A stretch of 64,000 nucleotides of DNA, taken from NCBI GenBank assembly GCA_051362555.1, contig CM120643.1, forward strand, positions 4,836,001 to 4,900,000, in the 5' to 3' direction. The position numbers and the translations under genes were made by a program. This document shows positions 52,401 to 64,000 of the stretch, in pieces; the first letter of the stretch is position 1, and each line of letters opens with the position of its first letter. The DNA is from Lingula anatina. Taxonomy: Eukaryota; Animalia; Brachiopoda. The notes under the pieces were generated by a model. It saw only the letters and a list, made by a program, of their open reading frames with translations, was not told where the DNA came from and searched no databases.

Positions 52401-53928
52401 GTAGACATATACAGTATTGTTACAACACAGACATAACACAGTGATCAAAATATATTATTATATTATAATAAACACATTTAGCAACAATAAAGACATATAT
52501 AGGCAGTAATCAGAATACATAGAGACACATTCAATGTCCCAACAGACAATTCACAGGCATCAGAATGTATACATGAAATTTTGTCTATGTCAAGATTTTT
52601 CATAAGCGAACCCTTGCCTGCCATATATATATATATGTGTGTGTGTGTGTGTAGACATATACAGTATAGTTACAACACAGAAATAACACAGAGATCAAAA
52701 TATATTATCATATTATAATAAACACATTCAGCAACAATAAAGACATATATAGGTTGTAATCAGAATACATAGAGACACATTCAATGTCACAACAGACAAT
52801 GCACAGGCATCAGAATGTATACATGAAATTTTGACTATATCAAGATTTTTCTTAAGCGCATCCCCCCCCTTCCCCAATTCCGAACAGTTCACATTGACCT
52901 CTGTTACCTTCAACATATCTCTAAATGTGTTTTGGATATAAGTGACCCTTTTCCAAAATGATAATTTCTCAGGTACAACATATTGCGGCAATGGTCACAA
53001 TGGGATTGAAGAGAGTCACAAAGCAACCGGATGACATATGATGCATGCATTTACCCCCTTATAACACCTAACTCGTCTCAAACAATGATTTTCACATCAA
53101 AAACGTTAAATTTGCGTGTTTGAGCAGCCAGGTAATGGCTGCCGTTCAACGGCCTCTTCCATTTTAACCACACAAGCCATATAACGGGACAGCCTACCTG
53201 CACAACCATATACTGCCTTCCTGGTCAAAATTACAGAGAACGAGTGATTACCCTGCAAAATCCTTTGCAGGGAATAAAGACATTGATCAGAATACATAAA
53301 TTAAGACACATTCAATGTCAAAATAGACAATGCACATGCAGGCATCAGAATGTATATATGAAATTTTGTCTATATAAAGCAAAGCCTCGCCCCCAAACTT
53401 CGAACAGTTCACATTAAACCTTGTCACCTTGAAAATTTTAATATATAAAACTGAGTGGGATCTAAGTGACCCTTTTCCAAAATGATAATTTCTCAGGTAC
53501 AATATATACTGTAGCAGCGATGGTCACACTGCGATTGTAGAGAATCTTCAGTATGGCAATATCATAATTGCACTGACATACTGAAGCTGTGAGGTTGAGA
53601 CCAGTTCAGCTGTCCTCAGTGTGATGATAATCCATCTCCATTCATCTCCACTGAAATCAGATAATACATCATCAATAAGAAATATATATGTAGACACATA
53701 TAGTAGTTACAACACAGAAATAACACAGTGATCAAAATATATTATCATTATATCACATTTAAACATACGTACAGCGACAATAAAGACATCCGCATACACT
53801 ATGATCAGAATACATACAGACACATTTAATGTCACAACAGATATGCACAGGCATCAAAATGTATACATGAAATTTTGTCTATAGAAAGATTTTTGCCAAG
53901 TGCACCCTGCCCCCCCCCCCCCCCCCCC

Positions 53929-53959
<31 letters not shown>

Positions 53960-56444
53960 CGAACAGTTCACATTAGCCCTTGTCACCTTGAACATATATC
54001 AAATACTGATTTGGATCTCAATGACCCATTTACAAATAATAATTTCTCAGGTACAACGTATAGCAGCAATGCATGGTCACTATGGGATTGAAGAGAATCA
54101 CCAGTGCAGCAATATCGTTGTTGCAGTGACCTTTGCTGATCCTGTGCAGTTGTAGAATGAGATGGTAAACAAATGAATTCAACTGGCCTCAGTGTGATGA
54201 AAATTAATCCAGGAAACACACCTTCATTTCTACTGAAAACAGCTAGATAAGAAATCATCAATAAGAATATATATATATATATATATAACACAGTGATAAA
54301 AATATATTATCATATTATAAAAAACACATTCAGCAACAATAAAGACATATATAGGCTGTATAATCAGAATACATAGAGACACATTCAATGTCCCAACAGA
54401 CAATGCACAGGCATCAGAATGTATACATGAAATTTTGTCAAGATTTTTCATAAGCGAACCCTTGCCCGCCAACCCCAAACAGTTCACATTGACCCTTGTC
54501 ATCTTGAAAATATAAAAAACTGAGTGGGATCTAAGTGACCCATTTACAAATGTTAATTTCTCAGTTACAACATAGAGTGGTGATGGTCACAATGGGAATC
54601 TAATAGAATCTTCAGTATGCCAATATTATTGTTGCACTGACCTGTGCTGAAGCTGCGAGGTTTAGATCAGTTCAGCTGTCCTCAGTGTGATGATAATCCA
54701 AGAAACACACCTGAAAACAGAAAATACATCATCAATAAAAATATATATTAATAGACACAAATACAGTAGTTACAACACAGAAATAACATTGTGATCAAGT
54801 ATTATAATTCAATTATAATAAACACATACAGCAACAATAAAGACAGATAGTGATCAAAATACATGCAGACACATTCAATGTCACAACAGACAATTAAAGC
54901 ACAGGCATCAGAATGTATATATAAAATTTTGTCTATATAAAGATTTCTGCTAAGCAAAGCCTCACCCCCAAACTTCGAACAGTTCACATTAAACCTTGTC
55001 ACCTTGAAAATTAATATATAAAACTGAGTGGGATCTAAGTGACCCATTTACAAATGTTAATTTCTCAGTTACAACATATAGTGGTGATGGTCACAATGGG
55101 ATTGAAGAGAATCATCAGTATGGCAATATCATTGTTGCACTGACCTGTGCTGAAACTGCAAGGTTGAGACCAGTTCAGCTGTCCTCAGTGCGATGATAAT
55201 CCAGGAAATTAACACACCTGAAAACATCATCAATAAAAATATATATTAATAGACACATATACAGTAGTTACAACACAGAAATAACATTGTGATCAAGTAT
55301 TATAATTCTATAATAATAAACACATACAGCAACAATAAAGACATAGACAGAGATCAAAATACATAGAGACACATTCAATGTCACAACAGACAATGCACAG
55401 GCATCAGAATATATACATGAAATTTTGTCTATATCAAGATTCTTCCTAAGCGCATGGGCATGAAGCCAATGGCAATCAATTTTTCTAATTGTCCATGTTA
55501 TTTATAGTAGATTATTAAAATTTGGTGGTAATTATACCATTAGTCATCATGTCACCAGAAAATTTTGTTACTTAATTATTACTTTTTTAACTTAAAAGAA
55601 TCAAGAAAATCAGCTGTGTTAGATTATCATTTTTTTATTGAATTTATAGTTTTTTCTTTTGTGAAATTTTCATTTTTATGAAAATTTCAATTATAACATG
55701 CCTTTCTCAGTGTTTAAGCCCATTCAAGTGTCATGTGACTATCACAGTAGTTTATAAAGAAACCAAGCATGGGAAATGACCTTTGGCCAAAGCACTTCTT
55801 TGCATATCAAGTAAATATGGCGGAAGCTGCAAAGGCCCAGAATAGAAAATGCAGACCTGCTGTACTAACAGTGTCAGAAAAGAAAAAAAAACTTAAGATG
55901 CCCATCTGTCCAAAAGCAGGAAATATATCGGTGGGGCTATCTAGCAATGGAGAGACCTGAAATTGAGCCTGAACATGACTAGGGATGAGGGAATGGCCAT
56001 GGCCTTCATGGCTAATAGTAGCTAGGTAAGTGCCCAACCAAATACTGTCTAATACCATACCCTTGTTTTAGACAGTCTGAGAAGATTCCCATGATTAAAA
56101 TGCAATAAAATAAACTTCCAAGACATTTAATTCTTGTCTTAATAATTTTGTGGATTTGCCTTAGTAATGATGTTTATGCCCCAGTCTTCAGTATGTGAAG
56201 TACGAATGACTATTAGTAATTTTTAGTAAAATGTTGGCATATGGATTGCTGTAGCAAGGAACAAATATTGTTTGTGTATATATGGGGAAGTATGATGCTT
56301 GCCAGCAGAAGAAAATGCCAGAATATACAGACTATCAGCTTACTATACATAGAAGACAGGGTTGACATCAGAAAACAATAGTTGTAGATACAGTATCTCT
56401 GCACTTTAATATATTAAAATTATTATATAGCCATTATCTGTAGG

Positions 56445-58581
56445 GAGAAGAAGGGGAACACAACGTTAAAAGTGGATACAGGAGCGAACCTAGGAACTGA
56501 TTGATGAAAGAGGAAGATCAAAAACTTCAAACAACAAGCGAAGACAGACCAGCAGAAAACGTTGATGGAAACACAGTATTCAGAAATTGACCGAAGAGTG
56601 AAGAAGAGTTGCAGGGCAGACAAGAAACAATGGTTGGAAAATAAAGGAAAAGAAGCAGAGGCTGCAGCTAGTGTAAACGACACCAAAACCCTATACTGAA
56701 TTATCAGAGATCTAACAGGCTGAAGAAGTAACTCAAACATACCCATCAAAGACAAACAGGGAAAGATGCTGATAAAAGTTGAGGAACAGGACTCACGATG
56801 GATGGAACACTTCAAAGAAATTCTCAATCAGCCAGAGCCAACATCTACATTCAACTTTGCTGTTGAAACCAAAGCACCACCACTTGATGTCGACATTGCC
56901 GATATCACTGAAGAAGAAACAGCAAAAGCAATCAAGGCACTTAAGAACAACAAGGCAGCTGGTATGGATGAAATCACAGGAGAGATGCTCAGACATGGTG
57001 GAGATAGTATGAGGGCAACACTCACTAAGCTTCTTAACAACTGTTGGAGAATTAAGACAAAAGGTACCGAATGAATGGCAACAGGGCATGGTAATGAAAT
57101 TGCCGAAAAAGGGTGATTTGTCAGACTGCAACAATTGGCGTGGAATCACTTTATTATCCACCCCAGGTAAAGTCCTGACTAGGATCCTCCTACAGAGGTT
57201 GAGAAATGCAGTCGACGTGAGTCTCCGAGAGGAACAGGCAGGATTCAGAGTAGGAAGATCGTGTATCGAACAGATTTTCACTCTACGCAGGGGCATAACC
57301 AGGCATACGCACGGATGCACTGTGCGTACAATTTTTTGAGCCAACCATGATATTATTCTCTATAATTCAGTGTATTTTTCACGGAAGATAATCGTACCTG
57401 GGGATTTTCAAAATCTGTGCGTACAATTTTAAAAGGTCTGGTTACGCCCCTGCTACGTAACAATGGAACAATGCATAGAACATCAATACCTCTCTAACTT
57501 TGTTGACTTTAAAAAGGCATTTGACAGCGTTCACAGACAGTCATTGTGGCAGGTAGCAGAGTTATACGCTGTCCCAGAAAATTTTATCAACATCTTCAAA
57601 AGCATCTACCAGAATTCAAGATGCTGTGTGAGAACAGAGACTGGAACAACAGAGTACTTCAACATCATGATGGGTGTCAGACAGGGGTGCATTTTATCGC
57701 CTTTTTTATTCCTTATGGTAGTAGATTTTGTGATGAGGAAGGCTACAGTAGAAGATGGAACCGGTGTGAAATGGGTAAACGGTAGTGAACTGAATGATCT
57801 AGACTTTGCAGACAACATCGCCTTGCTAGCAAAGGATGAAAATGGTCTACAACAACTAACGTCCAATCTGGAAATAGCAGCTCACAGATTTGGATTGAGA
57901 ATTAGCAGTGAAAAGACCAAAGTGATGTAAGTGGGATCTAGAAACATTACACCAATAAATGTTGGGACTGAACCAATTGAGGAAGTAACGCGATTCACAT
58001 ACCTAGGAAGCCTGATAACCAAGAATGGTGATGCTGAAATGGATGTCAAAAGCAGAGTTGGTAAAGGAGCTTCATTGTTTAGAAGAATGAACAATATCTG
58101 AAAATCGACAACAATAAGCACACAGCTGAAAATATGCCTTTATAATGCAGTAGTACTACCAACTGTACTTTATGCTAGCGAAACATGGAAAAGCACTGTG
58201 AAAATGGACAAAAGATTGGATGTTTTTCATCAGAGGTGCCTACGCCGAATAATGAAGATCTCATACAGAGACCATATCACCAATGAAGAAGTGATTAGGA
58301 AGGCAAAGTCAAGACCATTACATGAAACAGTCACCATTCGTCGGATAAAATTGGCAGGACACATCATTCGATTACCAGCTGAGAGGCATGCAAAAACGGC
58401 TATGACTTGGGTACCACCGGGAGGCAAGCGCAAACGAGGTAGACCGAGGATAACCTGGAGGAGAACCTTCCAGAATGATCTGCAAAGAGGCAACATCAGG
58501 TGGGAGGAGATAGAGAAGGCCGCTACCGACCCGACAAGTTGGAAAAAGTTTGCCGCCCAATGTCCTACATTGGACAGGAGG

Positions 58582-58612
<31 letters not shown>
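56445..58612 (+). mobile_element. 5'-truncated RTE-clade LINE with stops and frameshifts
   Basis: RT motifs KKGDLSDCNNWRGITLLS, EEQAGFR, FVDFKKAFDSV, GVRQGCILSP and LDFADNI. The C-terminus GKRKRGRPR..RRN* is followed by an (AACT)n tail. 10-bp TSD TATCTGTAGG (56435-56444 / 58613-58622); the empty site is at ~45395. Confidence 0.95.
57288..57452. mobile_element. Small hAT-like element inserted in the RTE RT gene; related fragment at ~14134-14245
   Basis: CAGGGGCATAACCAG ... CTGGTTACGCCCCTG with 5-bp TSD CTACG. Removing it restores the RT sequence IFTLRN. Confidence 0.87.
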
Positions 58613-58615
<3 letters not shown>

Positions 58616-58906
58616 CTGTAGGTGTTGTCTATGTACATGTTTTAGAATGTTGTACACAGACACACATAAAAATACATATGTTTCTAATAGTTTTCTTATT
58701 TATTTATTTATTTTCTTTATTCCCAAAAGATCCATGACTTGCATGGTCTGAATGTTGTTCAAAGTCAATACTTAATTCAACTGGGAAGTGCAATAGTAAT
58801 AATAATGATAATTATTATCATGTTTTGTATTTAATACAAATTATAAGGACATTGATAATATTATCATACAGTTGTCCATACTTATTTTATGTTTTAATAA
58901 TCTGAT

Positions 58907-58934
58907 CAGGGAATTATATCGATATAATTCCCTG
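58907..58934. mobile_element. 28-bp perfect palindrome flanked by a 7-bp direct repeat
   Basis: ATCTGAT-CAGGGAATTATATC|GATATAATTCCCTG-ATCTGAT. The paralogous site at 47398-47404 has a single ATCTGAT. Confidence 0.8.
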
Positions 58935-60408
58935 ATCTGATGTACCATTCTGGTGTTGTGTTGAATGCTGCCAACCCATCAACCTGTGGTGCTGTGTTGG
59001 ATGTTGCCGCCCACCATCAACCTGCTTGTCCCGAACATCTACCCCAGTAAATGCGTTGAAAACTAAGTTGGAGACAGTTTGCTCTCCTGCAACAGAAATT
59101 TCTGTAGAACCGTAAGTACTTGTTTTGATTTTAAAATAATAAAATGTGAATATGTTCATTGTTGAATAAAACATGTAATTATGTTTTGTATTATAGGTGT
59201 GTATTCTTTACTTACAAGAGCGAGAGAATAGTTTTAAAGGGTAAAGTTTTTGCTCATCCATTTCTTTCATCTGTGTTACATAAGTATCAAATTCTTACAA
59301 TCATTTCAAAACAAATGTTATCATTTCCATTTACTGTAATTGATGTTATTAATCAATGATTTACTTCAATAGCTGCATATCTTTTTATATTTAATTTTTT
59401 TTCATTTGCAAGAAAAGAGTTACTTTAGAAGAAGTATCGGACAATGCAAGTCTACCCAATGGGCAGATTTTTTCTGTGATTTGTTTAAGTATGGACATTT
59501 CATATCTCCTTAACCAGACTGTAGGTGCTTTAAAGTTTAGCAAAGTCTTTGTAAAGCTGCTTAAAAGCATTGTATTTTGTTGTAGTACACATCAGACATC
59601 ATAGTCCATAGTATGGGTGTACCTGGTAGCATGCAAAAAAGAAAGCAAGAAAAGAAGAAAAGATTAAATGTGATATTTTCATTTCCTGTACTTGTATACC
59701 ACAATACAGAATAGGAGTCCTATGTTGGATCTGCCACGTACTTAAAATGGGTATGTCATGAATTCACTGCAGTAGAACTTTGTTTGCACCCAACGGCCTG
59801 ACCTGTATTTTATCTTCAGTATTTTTTAATATTCATTTTTTAGATAAGGAAGCACTGAATGTATGGCCCTTTGTCATATTCAGTGCAATTGTTAATCTGT
59901 GCATGATTATTCCCAGTCTTTATTTAATTATTAAATTTAACATTTCATTTCCAGGCCTGCGAGTCTGAACATAATAGCTGTGAGCAGTATTCCCAGCCAC
60001 ACATAAACAGGTGGTTACACAGTGGAGATTTCCTCATCTGCACCAACATCCTGACGCAGGCCCGTAGCCAGAAATTTCAAAAGGGGGGTTCTTTTTCTGA
60101 AAAAGTGGACCTTTTACCATGAAACTTTCATGTACCTTAATTAAATTTCACCCAGAGGGGACCTTTTCTGTGCAAAAAGGGGGGTTCTTTTGAACCCCCC
60201 AAACCCCCCCTGGCTACGGGCTTGCTGACGTTTGGTAATAATTATAGTAAAATGGCTTTATGGGCCAAAATTTCCATCAACAGACCATTTCCACAAAATA
60301 AGTAGTAACTTTATTTCAGCAACAGATAGTGTCAAAATATTCTCGTGACATATGGAATGTAGCATAGAATCTGGGCAAAAAGTTATACCATACATGCATG
60401 GTTATTAG

Positions 60409-60480
<72 letters not shown>

Positions 60481-63400
60481 AAGTCACAGTCACCTCAACC
60501 TGTCTATCTATAACAGGGTACCGAGAACTGTTAACTTTATTAACTTCATTCCATCACATTTACAGCAACTTATTCATCCTAGTGTTAGCTGACCTTGCAA
60601 GGAATTCAGTTTATTGGAATGTATTTCTGAACAACAAATTAGGAAAATTCACTAGTTCACTAAAGACACAAAACAACTGTCACTTTTACTTTAAACAGGG
60701 TGACTTCAGACCAAAATGACCATCCATCTATCTAGAGACATATCTGTGAATATCTGTCAAAAAATCTATCAGTCGCCCTGGTAGAGGGTAGCTCTTGCCT
60801 TAAAAGTGTGCTCATGTGTTGAGGGACTTGGCTTGTGTAGACAAAAAGCTTTTCAAAAAATGACATACTACCTGAAATTTAGATTGGCATAATTCAGCTG
60901 CTTTGAACAGAGCACTTGTGTCCATTGTTAATAATACAGAAATGAAAGCACTGTATTAGGGCCAGTAAAATAAAGTCCATGTATCTTTAATATTTTACAT
61001 CATTTATGTGTGCATATTTACACATGATTATAAATGGTTTTTACTTCTCTTAGTTTTCTCATCCTCTTAAATGTCTGTATAGATTAATTTAAATGACACA
61101 TTATCCCAAAATAACCAGAGGTCAATTTTTTTAATCATGATTATCAAATGTCCAATTCATAGTAGTACAGCAGAATTAGACCCCATTCCCACAGATTTTA
61201 GATTGATCTATCCCTGTGGGGAGTCTCACTAGATTACTGTCAGCTTAGCCAGCTTAAGCGTCTGTCCCGCCTATTAAAAGCTGTAAGGGGGTAATTAACT
61301 GTCGTGCACACTCGACTGACTGCAATTTAGCGTGAATCCCCAGGGAGTTAGGTCAATCCGGATGGATCGATCTAAATCTCTGGGAATGCACTCTTAGAGG
61401 CATATCATCAACATTTCCTAATGTACTGCTCCTAGATGTTTGCTCATACTCCTCCTGTGTGCTGCCGAAAATTGAAGAGAAGTGTGTTCATGCTATTATC
61501 TTTTTTTTTTATCAAGTTCTATAATAAATACAGGTATGGTTTCTTAATAACACTTATTTTAATATTGTTTAATCGTTCAGTTTGCTTTTTTCATTCAAAG
61601 ATACCACAGAGTCTCCAACAAGAAGAGTGGCTGCTGGACTGTCTGTAGTGTCAAAGTTAGACAAAAACTATAAATACATTCAAGATAGAGTGTCCAAAGC
61701 CCTACATGTAACTATGAGAATCAGTGGTACAATTGGAATGCCAAAGACCATAGCAACAGCTGATGACCCTTGTACTACAGGACCTCCACCCACACATTAA
61801 CTAGTGCAAGGAATGAAGTCCAGATTTCAAAATCAGTAATCAGGAAAATATATATGACATTGTGATGCCCTTATGGTTATTGTGCATCAAATTTCACAAT
61901 TAAAACTGAGGTTTCATTTGTTTTGATAGTTTTGGCTTTTGTGTGCCCATTGTGTGGTAATTTGTTTCGCCTTATTCCATAGTTGTGATGTAGGAAAACT
62001 TGGAAGTTTGTTTTACTGTAGGAAGTTCTATTTTACTGTACTTGAATTTGTCAAATAGAAAATGTAAATGTCAGGTTGATCATATCTTTCAATACACATT
62101 ATAGTGTAAGAATTCGGATACCATTACATTTTGTACAATATTGCATTTTTTGTCAGCCAAAAATGGTAAATGGTAAAATTGTGTGTCACCTTAGATATAT
62201 ATGGAAAGATGTTTCAATATGAGGGCATTCAAAACAAGTTGATCTGCGGACTAACAGACCTACAGACTAAATATGGCTGACTATTTTAAAAGCAGTGCTG
62301 ACTAATTCCCTGATGGCCTTGCCACTTCCACACGCACTGTCGCTGCAGGGGCCTTGCAGTAAAACCTCTGAGCTGAGATTTAATCTGTTTAACGGTTCAT
62401 GTGGAGGCAAGGGAGACCATCAGAAGATTAAAGGGAGCTGCTTTTAAGTGAGGTCGGTGATATTTAGTTGGAGGATCGTTAGTCTGCGGATTATCTGTTC
62501 TGAATGCACTCTGTGTTACATGTATATGCTGCATATGTGAATATAAAAGTCCATTAATTAGTTTGAGATTATTCACGGTAAATGTTTGAATATGTAATAT
62601 TGAGCAAATCTATATTTGTAAAAAACAGTGTTTATACAGAAATGTTTTCATAATATGTAAATGAACCCCCTCAACAATATGAACTCTTTGTACATTAGGT
62701 AAATATGTAGAGCATTAATATACAGAGGCGGATCCAGGATTATTTGTAAGGGGTGTGTGTTGTTCAAGAATGACAGGCCGCAGATGCGAAGCACCCCTCC
62801 ACCCATTGGCATAGGGTTCTGGGGCTTGCCCGAAAATTTTTGGTATTTTAGAGGGCGAACCGTGCCCTTTGGTAAGGTTTAGAACTATGATTCAGCTAGT
62901 CAAAATTCCAATTTCAAGAAGGAACCATTGCCTAAGTCCGCCACTGAATATACATGAAAAGATATTCCAATACATATGGTCTATTTACCATAAATATGTT
63001 TGGAAAGATGGTTGAATATTTAGAATATGTTAACATACTATGTATGTACTTAACACTTACAGACAACTGAGACTGACAGATGTTTTAATTATTTATTATA
63101 CCTTTGTGTATATAAATACATTAATTAGTCTTACATTAACTGTGACTTTGGCAAATTTACCACAATATGGTCTTTGAAAATAAAATCTTTTTCTATTGAA
63201 TATATGTCTTACTTCTATCTCTAATATATAGTTCTTTATGTCACGTTTGTTAAAGAAGAAGAAAACACACACACACACACACACACGCAGCATAAATTGT
63301 TGAAAAATGGAATGATCATGCTGACTCTTTCCACTCACAGTTATTAGTGAAAGTGCATGGTGATAGCGAAGGTGACTAAAGATGTAGATGATGGCTATAT

Positions 63401-63839
63401 GTGTCTGTGCATAAAAAATTGATGTATAATATTAAAAGTTATTAATATCATTTGAAGTTGGAGCAGACACATCTTGGAGGTAATTAAAATCTATAAATTT
63501 GTATATGTTTAATTGGAAAAAATTCTAATTGATATTATTTCATTTTTCACAAAAAATACGTTTTTTTTTATAGAAAATAAAGTGTAAGGAAAAAGATAAG
63601 AGGAGGAAAAAAAACAAAAATTAAAAATACATCTTTCTTTACCCTAAAACATCCATTATTACAGTGAAATAATGAAGAACACATATTATATTGGCATGCA
63701 TGTACTCAACAAATAAAAATACTCTATTTTCACTAGTATATCTAAAATTCAAAATTAATAAATCTTCATACATGAAAAACAATGCACTAACACTAAAAGA
63801 ATTAACAAAATTTCACATTACAGTATCAACAGGTCTTTA

Positions 63840-64000
63840 AACAAGGCAGCAAAGCTGTCAAATGTACAGACAAAAACCAGAAAATAAAAACGCAGGAAAT
63901 AGGATACTGTCAATTCTGATGAACTAATGTATTATGCTTACTGTAACTGCATAGCCAACATCAAATTCTAATTCTGCATAACATTGGATTAGGATGAAAG
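63840..64000 (-). mobile_element. H2 family element 3' end, running off the window
   Basis: AACAAGGCAGCAAAGCTGTCAAATGTACAGACA, as at 8624 and 16245. Confidence 0.75.

Larger units (their letters stand above)
50625..55452. repeat. Complex tandem array, ~500-550-bp unit, about 8 full or partial units
   Basis: The marker ttctcag(g/t)tacaa recurs at ~50975, 52966, 53490, 54044, 54558 and 55062. The marker caggcatca(g/a)aat recurs 8 times. Interrupted by the Penelope-like element. Confidence 0.85.
55817..61839 (+). pseudogene. Decayed multi-exon DDE transposase gene (Kolobok-type), copy B
   Basis: Paralogous exons 55817-56025, ~61163-61490 (STAEL[MITE]EAYHQHFLMYCS*MFAHTPPV) and 61601-61839 (..KSRFQNQ*). 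Pieces missing from copy A: ..SYVGSATYLKW|gt (ends 59750); 59955-60300 (ACESEH..YSQPHINRWLHSGDFLICTNILTFGNNYSKMALWAK, after removing the 60057-60224 insert); ~60338-60388 (SRDIWNVA*NLGKKL). Confidence 0.8.

Noticed and set aside
54685-54740. C/D-box snoRNA-like motifs (GTGATGA..CTGA) in the array units
   Set aside because: The spacing is too short, there is no terminal stem or recognisable guide, and the boxes vary between units.
1118-63925. Other CTGATGA heptamers (e.g. 1118, 5344, 8044, 9862, 48594, 61760) as hammerheads
   Set aside because: None has a correctly placed GAAA, NUH triplet and closing stems.

Overview
AT-rich, repeat-dense animal genomic DNA, probably from a marine invertebrate; the lineage cannot be fixed from the sequence. 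There is one intact host gene on the + strand: a 5-coding-exon DUF1295 / steroid-5-alpha-reductase-like membrane protein (18598-39844, 520 aa after splicing) with a long Asn-rich tail. Most of the rest is nested mobile DNA. This includes three families of Helentron-type non-autonomous elements (two carrying 145-bp or 161-bp tandem arrays), Harbinger-like MITEs, small hAT-like elements with 5/6-bp TSDs, a 1-kb foldback, a 3.2-kb TA-flanked element, RTE and RTEX LINE fragments, and a Penelope-like GIY-YIG element with a minimal hammerhead ribozyme. The right third holds a tandem segmental duplication (~43.4-49.2 kb and ~55.5-63.3 kb). Each copy carries a decayed, intron-rich DDE transposase gene of Kolobok type that the ORF track mostly misses. 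Comparing the two copies exposes filled and empty insertion sites, including a 28-bp pure palindrome with a 7-bp TSD. Family names rest on motifs recalled from established knowledge; no database search was run.
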